The notes under the pieces were generated by a model. It was given only the letters and a program-made list of their open reading frames with translations, was not told the origin of the DNA and did not search any database. Source: Nannocystales bacterium (GTDB taxonomy: Bacteria > Myxococcota_A > Polyangia > Nannocystales > Nannocystaceae). From it: a stretch of DNA of 64,000 bases. This document shows, piece after piece, positions 21,175 to 30,750 of this stretch (the first letter of the stretch is position 1; every line of letters begins with the position of its first letter). The translations under genes were made by a program, and so were the position numbers. The stretch is from NCBI GenBank assembly GCA_050633305.1, contig JBOEGF010000007.1:286428-350427 (forward strand). The letters are read 5' to 3'.

Positions 21175-21469
21175 GGGGCCCGGCCCCAAGTCGATCAAAC
21201 GGTCATGGCGGCGCCTCGAGAGCCCATGCCGTCGTTCCTCATCGGTTGCTTGTGCCCGACGAACGCTCTCTCCTTATCTGCGGGCCTCTCGGTCCTGCGA
21301 CGGGCGCCGCCGATGTCTGGGCCTCCGTTCGAGCTTCTCTGCGTTGGTCTCCCCCGGGCCATCATCGAAGCATTTGCGCCGGATTCGGGGTGCGCGGTGG
21401 CGCCGTGAGAGCGCTCATGTTGTACCCCGGAATCCAGGGATACACGGTAGCGTTCCGTGAGCCCGGTCC

Positions 21470-22348
21470 ATGGCCGTTTCCCTGCGCAGCATTCAAAACG
21501 CGACGATCGTGGTCGTTCTTCTCGCGATCCCGGTGGTGTTGTTGCGCAACACGGCCGAGAACCCGCATGAGCTGAGCGCGTTCGATCGGTCCGTCCGTCG
21601 CATCGGAGCGCCGCTCGAGGCCGCCGTCTCGTACTCGACCTCGACGATGGGGTCGTTCTTCGAGCGGTGGCTCATGCAGGCGCGGCTGCAGGACTCCAAC
21701 GAACAGCTCGCCGCGGAGAACCGCGAACTCGCGCAGCGGCTTCGGGAACTTGCCGAGTTGGCCGAGGAGAACACCCAGCTTCGACGAGCGCTTCAGATGC
21801 GGGACCGGACGCCGGCCGACATGATCCCCGCCGAACGTGTCGGGGTCGACCAGTCTCCGTTCTTCCGGGTTCTCAACATTCGCATCGATCGCGGGAGCCG
21901 GTTCGCAAAGCCGGGCATGGCCGTGCTTTCTCCGGACGGAGTCGTCGGGCGAGTGGACAAGGTGTTCGACGACTACAGCGACGTCATGTTGGTGACGGAC
22001 GCTCGTTCGAAGATCGCGGTCGAGGTCGCCCGCAGCCGAGCCCAGGGCATCCTCCACGGCGACAGCGAGTACGGCTGCATCGTCGACGTCCCCAAGGACT
22101 ACGAGGTCGAGCCCGGCGAACTCATCCAGACCAGCGGGGTGGATGAACTCTTCCCCAAGGGACACCCGATCGGTCGGGTGGTCGACGTCGAGCAGCTCGT
22201 CGGGGACCAGCAGCGTCTCCACGTCAAACCCGAGATCCGCTTCGATCGGGTCGACGTGATGTGGGTTGTCCTCGCCGGGGCTCCCAGGCCGGACACCAGC
22301 GAGCCCCCACAGGGCCCCCAAGCGATGGGACTACAACCGGTGCGATGA
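21470..22348 (+). CDS. mreC: Rod shape-determining protein MreC
   Basis: N-terminal TM, coiled coil (LAAENREL, EENTQLRRAL), IDRGS, GVVGRV, TSGVDELFPKGHPIGRV; follows mreB. Confidence 0.92.
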   Translation: MAVSLRSIQNATIVVVLLAIPVVLLRNTAENPHELSAFDRSVRRIGAPLEAAVSYSTSTMGSFFERWLMQARLQDSNEQLAAENRELAQRLRELAELAEENTQLRRALQMRDRTPADMIPAERVGVDQSPFFRVLNIRIDRGSRFAKPGMAVLSPDGVVGRVDKVFDDYSDVMLVTDARSKIAVEVARSRAQGILHGDSEYGCIVDVPKDYEVEPGELIQTSGVDELFPKGHPIGRVVDVEQLVGDQQRLHVKPEIRFDRVDVMWVVLAGAPRPDTSEPPQGPQAMGLQPVR

Positions 22349-22899
22349 TCCGGGCCCTCACATACTTGGTCGTGGGGTGGGCTCTCATCGCCGTCGGTGG
22401 AGGCCTTGCCGACGTCTTCATGATCACGGTCATGCTTCCCGCGACGTCGGTCGTATTGCTGACCCACATCGCATTCTCCCGGGCGATGCCACTGCCCATG
22501 GGGCTCGCGCTGGCCGTCTCGTTCGGCTACCTCGAAGACCTGCACCAAGGGGCGCCCGTGGGAACGCTGACCTTGGCCTTCGCGCTCGCGTTTCTCGCCC
22601 TGTCTTGGGCGGCGGAGCGCATTGCAGTCTCCGGGTGGCCGACGCGCATGCTCACCGCGTTCTTCTCGGTGGTGCTCGTGGATCTGCTCACCGCGGGGGT
22701 GCTCGCTGCGCTTGCCGATCCCCTCGGACTTCGCCGAGAAGCGCTGTGGGTCGCGCTGTGGGACGCTCGGTGGCACTGCATCGCGACGGCCTTGGTGGCG
22801 CCGCCGATCTGGACTCTGTTTGAGCGCTTGTTTTCCTTGCTGAAGATCGAAGAGCCTCGGGCGCCTGATGGGCCTTCCCCGTTGGGAGCGCGTCGGTGA
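22345..22899 (+). CDS. mreD: Rod shape-determining protein MreD
   Basis: Polytopic membrane protein with GYLEDL motif; ATGA overlap with the mreC stop; lies between mreC and mrdA. Confidence 0.8.
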   Translation: MIRALTYLVVGWALIAVGGGLADVFMITVMLPATSVVLLTHIAFSRAMPLPMGLALAVSFGYLEDLHQGAPVGTLTLAFALAFLALSWAAERIAVSGWPTRMLTAFFSVVLVDLLTAGVLAALADPLGLRREALWVALWDARWHCIATALVAPPIWTLFERLFSLLKIEEPRAPDGPSPLGARR

Positions 22900-24932
22900 T
22901 CAGCCTTCATCAGAAGGACGACCTCCGCGAACTTCGTCCTCGCTTTCAGGCGACGGTCATCTTCGTTGCGCTCGCGTTCCTCGCGTTGGCCGGGCGGCTA
23001 TGTCAGCTGCAAGTCCTCGAGGCCGATCACTACGACCGCCGCGCCGAGCGAAACTTCATCGACAAGGTCGACGTCGAGGCGCCGCGGGGTCGGATCTACG
23101 ACATCAAGGGACACCCCCTCGCGACCAACCGTTCGTCGTACACGCTGTACATCACGGGGTGGGCGCGGTTCCGCTTGGAACCTGAGGGGGGCGTGGTCCC
23201 GACGCCGGAAGGAAAGCGGGAGGCGATGGACGACACGACGCGCGACCGCATCTTGTCGTTGATCGACTTCATCGACGAGGCCGACCGCGACAAGTTCCTC
23301 GGCGTGGTCGAGGAGTTGCGTGCGGACGAAGCCAAAGGCAGATACGCACAGATCGCGCGCCGGAACCTCAGCTGGGAGGAGTACGCCCGCATCGAATCCC
23401 GGTTGGAAGTGCTCGACCCGTGGGTGGAGATCCGCGAGAGTTCTCGTCGATTCTATCCCGAGGGCGTGCTCACTGCGTTCGTGACCGGGCAGATGGGGAA
23501 CGTCAGCTCCCGGACGCTCGAAGGGTCTCCGCACCTGGGCTACCGGTTGGGTGACCGGGTTGGCCAGACGGGGATCGAGCGGCAGTGGGAGAACTACCTT
23601 CGCGGTCGACTCGGCGCTCGCTGGCGGGTCGTCGATGCCCGGCGTCGGGAGGTCGACGATGCGCCCGGGTGGGCGGTCGACTCGCTTCCGCCCGTCCAGG
23701 ACCCGATCCCCGGCCAGGACATCTACCTCACCCTCGACCTCGACCTGCAGACCGTCGCGTACGAAGCAGTGTCGGAAAAACTCGCCGGTGCGGTCGTGGC
23801 GATGGACGTCAACACGGGTCGGGTGCTTGCGACCGCGTCGGTTCCAACGGTGGATCCCAACCGCTACGAGCAGCCGATTCCCCTTGCCGAGTGGAAGGCT
23901 TGGTCCGACAGCCCGCTCAAGCCGTTCATCGACAAGGCGGTCCAGGAGCACTTCTTCCCCGGCTCGACCTACAAGGTTGTCTCGGCACTGGTCGCTTTGG
24001 GCGACCCCGAGTTCGATCCGGACGAGGAAATCGAGTGCGAGGGCTATGTGAAGTTCGGTAAGCGGAAGTTCCGCGATACGCACGTGCACGGCCCGATGAA
24101 CCTCGAGCAGGCGTTGGTGCACTCGTGCAACTCCTACTTCTACGAACTCGCCATTCGCAACACGCTGAGCCTCGAGCGCGTTGAACCGGTTGCACGCGCG
24201 CTGGGCTTGGGGGAGCGGACCGGCTTGGGGATCAACGGTGAGGTCAAGGGCACGGTCCCCACCGAGGAGTTCGAGGCTCGCGAGGGCACGTACCAGGGCG
24301 GCGTTCGTCTCAACAGCGCGATCGGGCAGGGCAACGTGAAGGCCACCGTGATGCAGATCGCCGTGGTCTACGCGGCGATTGCCAACGGTGGATACGTGCT
24401 CACGCCCTACCTTGTCGACCGCATCGAGACCAATGACGAGAAGCTCGTCTTCTCGAGTCAGCCGCAGCGACGAAGCGAAGCGCCTGTCTTGGATGCCAGC
24501 GACCGAGCACGAATTCATGCCGGACTCGTGGGGGTGGTGAACAACGAGGAGGGCACCGCATACAGCGAGCGACCGGACAACATCGTCGTGGCTGGAAAAA
24601 CCGGAACCGCTCAGGTCGGCCGTGAGTATCGGACCGAAGGCGAGACGGAGATCGAGGGCTGGGACACCACCGCCGACCATGCTTGGTTTGCAGCGTATGC
24701 GCCTGCGGACGACCCGCAGATCGTCGTTGTCGCGCTGGTCGTTCACGGCGGGACGGGTGCTGATGCTGCCGCTCCCATCGTGATGCGGGTGATCGACCAC
24801 TACCTCGGAGACACCTCCTCGGAGACTGAGCTCCGCCCACGGGCCTACGGCGTTCCGCCCCCGCTTCCTGGGCAACAAGCCGACGACACCCCGGTTCGCG
24901 GTGGTGGGCTCGGCAAGGAGGCCGCGCCGTGA
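22896..24932 (+). CDS. mrdA: Penicillin-binding protein 2 (peptidoglycan D,D-transpeptidase)
   Basis: APRGRIYD, SxxK (PGSTYK), SxN (SCN), KTG (GKTGTAQ), DHAWF. Confidence 0.95.
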   Translation: MISLHQKDDLRELRPRFQATVIFVALAFLALAGRLCQLQVLEADHYDRRAERNFIDKVDVEAPRGRIYDIKGHPLATNRSSYTLYITGWARFRLEPEGGVVPTPEGKREAMDDTTRDRILSLIDFIDEADRDKFLGVVEELRADEAKGRYAQIARRNLSWEEYARIESRLEVLDPWVEIRESSRRFYPEGVLTAFVTGQMGNVSSRTLEGSPHLGYRLGDRVGQTGIERQWENYLRGRLGARWRVVDARRREVDDAPGWAVDSLPPVQDPIPGQDIYLTLDLDLQTVAYEAVSEKLAGAVVAMDVNTGRVLATASVPTVDPNRYEQPIPLAEWKAWSDSPLKPFIDKAVQEHFFPGSTYKVVSALVALGDPEFDPDEEIECEGYVKFGKRKFRDTHVHGPMNLEQALVHSCNSYFYELAIRNTLSLERVEPVARALGLGERTGLGINGEVKGTVPTEEFEAREGTYQGGVRLNSAIGQGNVKATVMQIAVVYAAIANGGYVLTPYLVDRIETNDEKLVFSSQPQRRSEAPVLDASDRARIHAGLVGVVNNEEGTAYSERPDNIVVAGKTGTAQVGREYRTEGETEIEGWDTTADHAWFAAYAPADDPQIVVVALVVHGGTGADAAAPIVMRVIDHYLGDTSSETELRPRAYGVPPPLPGQQADDTPVRGGGLGKEAAP

Positions 24933-26044
24933 ACCCATTGCTCGATGATCCGCGCAGCTGGAGCGCGCGCCTCCGTCACTCGATCGACTGGGTGGTCATC
25001 ACGTTGACCGCTGCCATCGTCACGCTTGCGGTCATCAACCTCAACAGCGCGGGTGATGGCGACTGGAGCGGTCGGGTCGCGACGCAGCTGCGTTGGATCG
25101 GTCTTGGGTCGATCGCCATGCTCATCGTCACGGCGATCGATCTGCGCGCCGTGTATCGGCTGGCGTATGCGGCCTACGGGTTTGGCGTGGGGCTGCTGTT
25201 GCTCGTCCCGTTCTTCGGGATCAAGGTCAACAACGCCCAGCGCTGGCTCGGCGTCGGCGACTATCGGATCCAGCCCTCCGAGCTGATGAAGGTGCTCATC
25301 GTGCTCGCGCTCGCTCGCTTTCTGCACGATGCGGCGGCCAAGGAACTCTCCAACCTGCGCCGTCTGGTGGTGCCTTTCGTCATGGTGCTGCTGCCCGCGG
25401 CGCTGATCATCCGGCAGCCCGACCTCGGCACGGGGATCATGCTGCTGCTGGTCTCGTTCTCGCTCGTCGTGGCCGCCGGTCTTCGGGTGCGCATCATCGT
25501 GGCGGTGCTGTCCGCAGCGGTGGTGTCCGTGGCGATCGGCTGGAGCTATATGGAGAACTACCAGCGCCGGCGCATCGACGTGTGGCTCGACCCTGAACTC
25601 TACGCGGACACGGACGGGTACCAGACCATTCAGGCCATGATCAGCGTCGGCAACGGCGGCTTCTTCGGCCGCGGACTGTCGCAAGGATCGCAGAATGCAC
25701 TGGGCTTCTTGCCCGAGCCCTACACGGACTTTCCGTTCGCGGTGTACGCCGAGGAGTGGGGCTTTGTCGGAACCGCAATGGTGCTGGTGCTGTTCATGAG
25801 TCTGACGCTGTGGGCCGTCAACTTGGCCTCGCAGGCCAGCGACCGGTTCGGATCTCTGCTCTGTATGGGCGTTGCCGCGCTGTTTTTCTGGCACGCCGTC
25901 GTCAACATCGCGATGGTTCTGCAGCTCGTCCCTGTCTCCGGGATCACGCTTCCGTTCTTCTCGGCGGGGGGTAGCAACGTCCTGACGATGATGCTGGGGC
26001 TCGGGGTCCTGATGAGCGTGTCGAGATCTCGGCACGCGCGCTGA
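24929..26044 (+). CDS. rodA: Rod shape-determining protein RodA (SEDS family)
   Basis: AQRWL, IQPSELMK, QPDLGT, GYQTIQAMISVGNGG, FLPEPYTDF, EEWGFVG, GITLPFFSAGGS. Confidence 0.95.
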   Translation: MNPLLDDPRSWSARLRHSIDWVVITLTAAIVTLAVINLNSAGDGDWSGRVATQLRWIGLGSIAMLIVTAIDLRAVYRLAYAAYGFGVGLLLLVPFFGIKVNNAQRWLGVGDYRIQPSELMKVLIVLALARFLHDAAAKELSNLRRLVVPFVMVLLPAALIIRQPDLGTGIMLLLVSFSLVVAAGLRVRIIVAVLSAAVVSVAIGWSYMENYQRRRIDVWLDPELYADTDGYQTIQAMISVGNGGFFGRGLSQGSQNALGFLPEPYTDFPFAVYAEEWGFVGTAMVLVLFMSLTLWAVNLASQASDRFGSLLCMGVAALFFWHAVVNIAMVLQLVPVSGITLPFFSAGGSNVLTMMLGLGVLMSVSRSRHAR

Positions 26045-26159
26045 CCCATCGAAGCCCGCTCGACCTCGGCGTGGGCGTGAGGTTGGCATGCGAACACGGT
26101 TGCGCAGGGCGCTGTGAGCGTCCCCGGCGAGGGCCGGCGTGATATGAACGGGCGCTACG

Positions 26160-27182
26160 ATGGCGATTGCGATCGGTGTTCTGACCAACCCCAACTCGGG
26201 GAAGAACCGCAAGAATCCAGACCGGCTCGCCGATCTCGAACGCGCGGTGGCTGGGCATGGGATCGTGCGTCAGACGCAGAGCTTGGATGAGCTTGCCGCG
26301 GTCATTGCCGAGTTCGGCGACGCGGGGTGCAAGTACTGGGTCGTCGATGGAGGCGACGGAACGCTGCACTGGCTGCTCTCGACTGCGCAGCAGCAGGCGG
26401 AAGAGGGGAATAGCCCATGGCCGATGGTGATCCCAGGGAACGGGGGGAGCATCGATTTCGTCGCCCACAAGGCGGGGATCCGGGGCCAGGCGCCGGACAT
26501 CGTTCGGGCGCTGGTCGAGGGGCTCGAGCGGGGGGAGTCGCTGCCGACCGTCGACCTCGACACCCTGCACATCACGGGGGCGACCGACGACGAGTCCTTT
26601 GAGCGGATCGGCTTCGCGACGGCCATCGGAGGTGTCGCCCAGCGGTTCTTCGACAAGCTCTACCAACGCGACCGTATCGACCCGCTCGGCATCGTCGACG
26701 TCCTGGCCCGCGCATCCGTGGGGGGCGTGGCCGGCAGCGCCCCCAGGCCCCTCCGCAATCGCCTGGTGCCGTCGCTGCAGCAGTACGCCGACGATATCTT
26801 CGAGCCCACGCGGGCGCGGGTGCAGGTCGACGGTGAGGCCTTGGACTTCGACACGTTCTCCAGCCTCCAGGTTGGGTCGATCGACATCAATCTCGGCGGG
26901 GTCGTTCGCACGTTCCGACACGCGGCGGAGTCTGGGGTCATGCACGCGCAGGCGGTCTCATCCTCCCGCTTGGGTGTGGTCGCGAACCTTCCGAACATCG
27001 TGTTCGGAACCCCGATCTGGGGCCGTGACGTGTTCGATGGCCCCGCACGCGAGCTGTCTGCCGAAGCCGTGGGCGGGAGCACGTTGGACCCTGTCATCGA
27101 TGGGGAGCTTTGCTTTGGACTCCGTTCGCTTCGCGTCCGCCAAGGTCCCCGCCTGCGGGTGCCTGCGGTTGTTTGCAGCTAG
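26160..27182 (+). CDS. Diacylglycerol kinase (YegS/DAGK) family protein
   Basis: NPNSGK, GGDGTL, IPGNGGS, VIDGE motifs. Confidence 0.8.
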   Translation: MAIAIGVLTNPNSGKNRKNPDRLADLERAVAGHGIVRQTQSLDELAAVIAEFGDAGCKYWVVDGGDGTLHWLLSTAQQQAEEGNSPWPMVIPGNGGSIDFVAHKAGIRGQAPDIVRALVEGLERGESLPTVDLDTLHITGATDDESFERIGFATAIGGVAQRFFDKLYQRDRIDPLGIVDVLARASVGGVAGSAPRPLRNRLVPSLQQYADDIFEPTRARVQVDGEALDFDTFSSLQVGSIDINLGGVVRTFRHAAESGVMHAQAVSSSRLGVVANLPNIVFGTPIWGRDVFDGPARELSAEAVGGSTLDPVIDGELCFGLRSLRVRQGPRLRVPAVVCS

Positions 27183-27402
27183 GAGAGGTTCGGGACCTCC
27201 ACGGCCAGACGGCCAGGCGGCCGCGGTCCCCCGGGGGCACCTCGAAGCCGGAGCAAAGCCGGTGCGGCGCTTGAGAATCTGCACGAGTACATAGGACCAG
27301 GGCGCGTAAGCCCGACTCGGTCGGCTCGTTGGGCGGGCGGGGTGGGCTTGACAGCATTGGTCTGTGTTCCTTTACTGCCCCCCTCCCTAGGAGACCGATT
27401 CG

Positions 27403-28770
27403 ATGAAACGCACTTGCTTGCTTTCCACCGCCGCCATTCTCGCCACGCTCACGACCTCATCGGTTGCATACGCGGACACCAAGCCCGCCATCGTTTGGGT
27501 CCCAACCGCGGACATCGAGCTGATCCCTTCGGGCACGGTCGATTCGATCTGTCAGAAAATGCAAATGAGTGGCAGCGCGGTCGCAGCCGGTTGCGTCGCG
27601 GGTCTCGAGGAGCCGATCACGCGCGAAGTCAGCGCCGACGCAATGATGATCGCTGGCGAGCTTCGCACCGCCTTCGCGGACTATGACCTCAACGTCGTCG
27701 TCGATCCCCCGCCGGCCTACGTCCCCGTGTTCGCGCTGCTGACCTCCGACAACGAGTCGGAAGAGTCCGGGTCCTACACGTGCGGCAGCCAGTTCGCGAA
27801 CTGCTCGGGCCTCTCCCGCGACGCCACGTTCTCCACCAACGCTGGCACGATCACCTGCACCGATCCCGATGCGGTCCAGGCCGCGGTCTACGCCGTCGGT
27901 CGTCTCGCTGGCCTCGAGGGCAAAGACGACCCCATGGACGCGATGCACTACCCGCCCGACTACACGATGCCGGTCATCACGTTCAACGACGAGTGTGGGC
28001 CCATTTCGCAGCAGCTTCGCGGTGAAGACAAGATGACCGAGGTCCCCCTCGAGTGCACCAGTCTCGACCACGTGGAGTGCGAGGGCGGCGAGCAGAACAG
28101 CCACGCCGACTTGCTGGAGAACCTGGGTGCCAACGCGGCCGATTCGGACGCGCCGGTCATCGCAATCTCGTCCCCGGCCGATGGTGATGTCATCGCCGAA
28201 GGCGGCGCCATCAGCGTCGCTGCGACGGTCGAGGAGGCCTCGAACTTCGCCGCAGTCCGCATCACCATCGCTTCGCCCGCGCTCGAGGGGGTCGAGGGGA
28301 TCACTGGCGGCGAGATTTCGTTCTGCACCACCGACATCTGCGACGTTAACTTCCTCGAGAATGAGCCGTTCAAGACCGCCGACTCGGGGTGGGAAACCCC
28401 CGACATTGGCGGCCTTCCCGGCGGTGAGTACACGATTACGCTCGAGGGCTCGGACTACTACGGCAACGAGGCTGAGGCGGTGACGGTCACGGTCACGCTC
28501 GAAGGTGGCCCCATCGACCCCTCCGGTGGTGACACCGACGGCGGAAGTGACAGCGACACGACCGACCCGACTGGTGCCAGCGACACCAACGACACGTTCG
28601 TCTCTGGTGGCGACGAGAGCAGCGGTGGCAGCGACACCGACGGTGGTGGCGACGGCGGCGCATCCGACGACGGCGGCGGTGGATGCTCGGTCGGCTCCCG
28701 CGGCGTGGGCGGAAGCTTCGCCATGATGCTCGGCCTCCTCGGCCTGGGACTGCTTCGTCGTCGGGACTAA
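27403..28770 (+). CDS. Surface protein: degenerate metzincin-like domain, Ig-like domain and MYXO-CTERM anchor
   Basis: Signal peptide (VAYA-D); Ig-like segment APVIAISSPADGD...GEYTITLEGSDYYGN; Asp/Gly/Thr linker; C-terminal GGGCSVG, TM helix, RRRD. Confidence 0.8.
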   Translation: MKRTCLLSTAAILATLTTSSVAYADTKPAIVWVPTADIELIPSGTVDSICQKMQMSGSAVAAGCVAGLEEPITREVSADAMMIAGELRTAFADYDLNVVVDPPPAYVPVFALLTSDNESEESGSYTCGSQFANCSGLSRDATFSTNAGTITCTDPDAVQAAVYAVGRLAGLEGKDDPMDAMHYPPDYTMPVITFNDECGPISQQLRGEDKMTEVPLECTSLDHVECEGGEQNSHADLLENLGANAADSDAPVIAISSPADGDVIAEGGAISVAATVEEASNFAAVRITIASPALEGVEGITGGEISFCTTDICDVNFLENEPFKTADSGWETPDIGGLPGGEYTITLEGSDYYGNEAEAVTVTVTLEGGPIDPSGGDTDGGSDSDTTDPTGASDTNDTFVSGGDESSGGSDTDGGGDGGASDDGGGGCSVGSRGVGGSFAMMLGLLGLGLLRRRD

Positions 28771-28922
28771 CACACGCGGCGATTCCCCGTTCACCTCGCG
28801 ACCCCCTGGGGCGCACGGCATGCGAACGGAAGATGAGGCGGGACTCCACGTGGGGCTCCCGCCTTCGTCATTGTGGGGGTAGGCTGCGCGCCGTGGGCCG
28901 CCCCCGAGCCGAAGATGTATTG

Positions 28923-29486
28923 GTGTCGACGCCGCAGCGGGTGCTCGAGGCGGCGGAATCGGTGTTCGCGGAACAGGGCTACGGTCCGGCGAAGCTCGCC
29001 GACATCGCAGCGAGAGCGGGCATTCGACGACCGTCGCTCCTGTACCACTTCAAGAGCAAGCAAGAGCTGTATCAGGCGACGGTCCAGCGCGCCTTCTCAG
29101 ACTTGGGTGAGGCGTTGCAGGCCGCGATGCTGGCCTCGGGATCCTTCGAGGAGCGGCTGCTCGAAACAGCGGAACGCTATGCGGAATTCTTGTCGGAGCA
29201 CGAACACGTGGCGCGTATCGTCCTGAGAGAGCTGCTCGATTCCAATGGACCTGGTCCCGGGACCGATATCCTCATGACCCAAGTCTCGCCACTCGTCGAC
29301 GCCGTGGAAGCGTTCATCGGCAGCGTCGGGAACGATGTCATCGCCGATGGGGCACCGATTCGGTCTCGCGTGATGTGCATTGCGTCCACACTAATCATGC
29401 GTGCGGCAGCCCAAGTCCGTGACGTCTTGTGGGGGCCTGAGCACCACGCCCGCACGCTCGCTCGCGCCCTGTTCCTTCGATCATGA
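28923..29486 (+). CDS. TetR/AcrR family transcriptional regulator
   Basis: HTH RVLEAAESVFAEQGY...DIAARAGIRRPSLLYHFKSKQELY. Start estimated at GTG 28923. Confidence 0.9.
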   Translation: MSTPQRVLEAAESVFAEQGYGPAKLADIAARAGIRRPSLLYHFKSKQELYQATVQRAFSDLGEALQAAMLASGSFEERLLETAERYAEFLSEHEHVARIVLRELLDSNGPGPGTDILMTQVSPLVDAVEAFIGSVGNDVIADGAPIRSRVMCIASTLIMRAAAQVRDVLWGPEHHARTLARALFLRS

Positions 29487-30085
29487 CGACGCCAGACATC
29501 ATCCTTTGGGACGTGATGGGAACGTTGGTCCACGACCCGTTCTACGAGGAGGTCCCCGCATCCTTCGGCATGAGCTTGGAACAACTCCTCGCGGTCAAAC
29601 ACCCCTCGGTGTGGTCGGCGTGTGAGCGCGGGGAAGTGTCTGTCGAGGACATGGAAGCGAACTTCTTCGCGGACGCTCGCGTCTACGACATCGCTGGCCT
29701 TCGGCAGACGATGACGCAGAGCTATCGTTGGCTACCGGGGGTCGAGGGCTTGGTGCAGTCGCTCCGGACCCGTGGGGTCCCGATGCATGTCGTGTCGAAC
29801 TACACGCCTTGGTACTCGATGATCGAGGACGCGCTGTCCCTGTCAGCGTGGATGCCGTGGAGCTTCGTCTCCTGTGATGTCGGCTTCCGAAAGCCGGACC
29901 CGAGGTACTACGCCGCGGTGCTCGAGCGTCTGTCGGTCGCCGCGGAGCGTTGCGTGTTCATCGACGATCGGGACGTAAACTGCGCCGGGGCAGCGGACGC
30001 GGGTATGCACACGATTCGGTTTGAAGACGGTGTGACCACGGCTACGACACTGTCGGCGCTTGGCCTCGGCGACGGGGTGGGCTGA
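29483..30085 (+). CDS. HAD family hydrolase/phosphatase
   Basis: WDVMGTLV motif I, VVSN, GFRKPDP, FIDD. Confidence 0.88.
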   Translation: MTTPDIILWDVMGTLVHDPFYEEVPASFGMSLEQLLAVKHPSVWSACERGEVSVEDMEANFFADARVYDIAGLRQTMTQSYRWLPGVEGLVQSLRTRGVPMHVVSNYTPWYSMIEDALSLSAWMPWSFVSCDVGFRKPDPRYYAAVLERLSVAAERCVFIDDRDVNCAGAADAGMHTIRFEDGVTTATTLSALGLGDGVG

Positions 30086-30326
30086 CGGGCCGAGCCCGGG
30101 CGGCTCTGGCGACGGAGGCGCGAAGCGCGTTTCGCACCCGGTGGATGCCAACCCGTTTCCATCTTGGATCCCGTGCCAGTAGCGGAGCCGGGAGACGACG
30201 TACGGGCAGGTAGGGGCGCGTCGCCTTTTCGACTTCGATCGCGTCTGGTGGAGTGGTGGGGAGGTTGTCGGCGGCGAATGGTCGTGCGCCCGGCCTCACC
30301 CTCAAACGTCCGCGAAGGGAAGGCAG

Positions 30327-30695
30327 ATGAAGCTACCACTCGAGATTGTGTTCCGAAACGTCAACCGAACCGCCGAAGTCGAAGACCGTATCCGAGCCAA
30401 AGCCGCAAAACTCGACAGGATGTTCGATCGGATCACAGGTTGCCGGGTGGTGGTGGAGTCCCCCCACAACCACCACGTCAAGGGCAACACGTACCACGTC
30501 TCGGTTGAAGTCAAGGTTCCAGCGGAGACCATCGTGGTCAATCGCGACCCGCAGAACCACGATCACGACGAACTCTCGATTGCTCTCCGCGATGCGTTCT
30601 CAGCCGCACAGCGGCGCCTTCGTGCCTACTCGCGACAGCGCAACGCGTCGACGTCACGCTCGGGGATGCGAATCGCCGAAGTCCTCGGCCCCTGA
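30327..30695 (+). CDS. HPF/RaiA family ribosome-associated protein
   Basis: LEIVFRNV, ITGCRVVVESPH, ALRDAFSAAQRRL. Confidence 0.85.
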   Translation: MKLPLEIVFRNVNRTAEVEDRIRAKAAKLDRMFDRITGCRVVVESPHNHHVKGNTYHVSVEVKVPAETIVVNRDPQNHDHDELSIALRDAFSAAQRRLRAYSRQRNASTSRSGMRIAEVLGP

Positions 30696-30713
30696 GCGCG
30701 AGCTCGGTGCGAT

Positions 30714-30744
30714 GAAAAGGCGGCCTGTACGGGCCGCCTTTTTC
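30714..30744. terminator. Bidirectional Rho-independent terminator between the convergent HPF gene and proA
   Basis: GAAAAGGCGGCC-tgtacg-GGCCGCCTTTTTC, with A and T tracts on either side. Confidence 0.85.
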
Positions 30745-30750
30745 GTTGGT

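Noticed and set aside
30327..30695. HPF/RaiA protein lacking a C-terminal cold-shock or long-HPF domain
   Set aside because: Short stand-alone forms are common; the stop codon and terminator look natural, so it is not a pseudogene.
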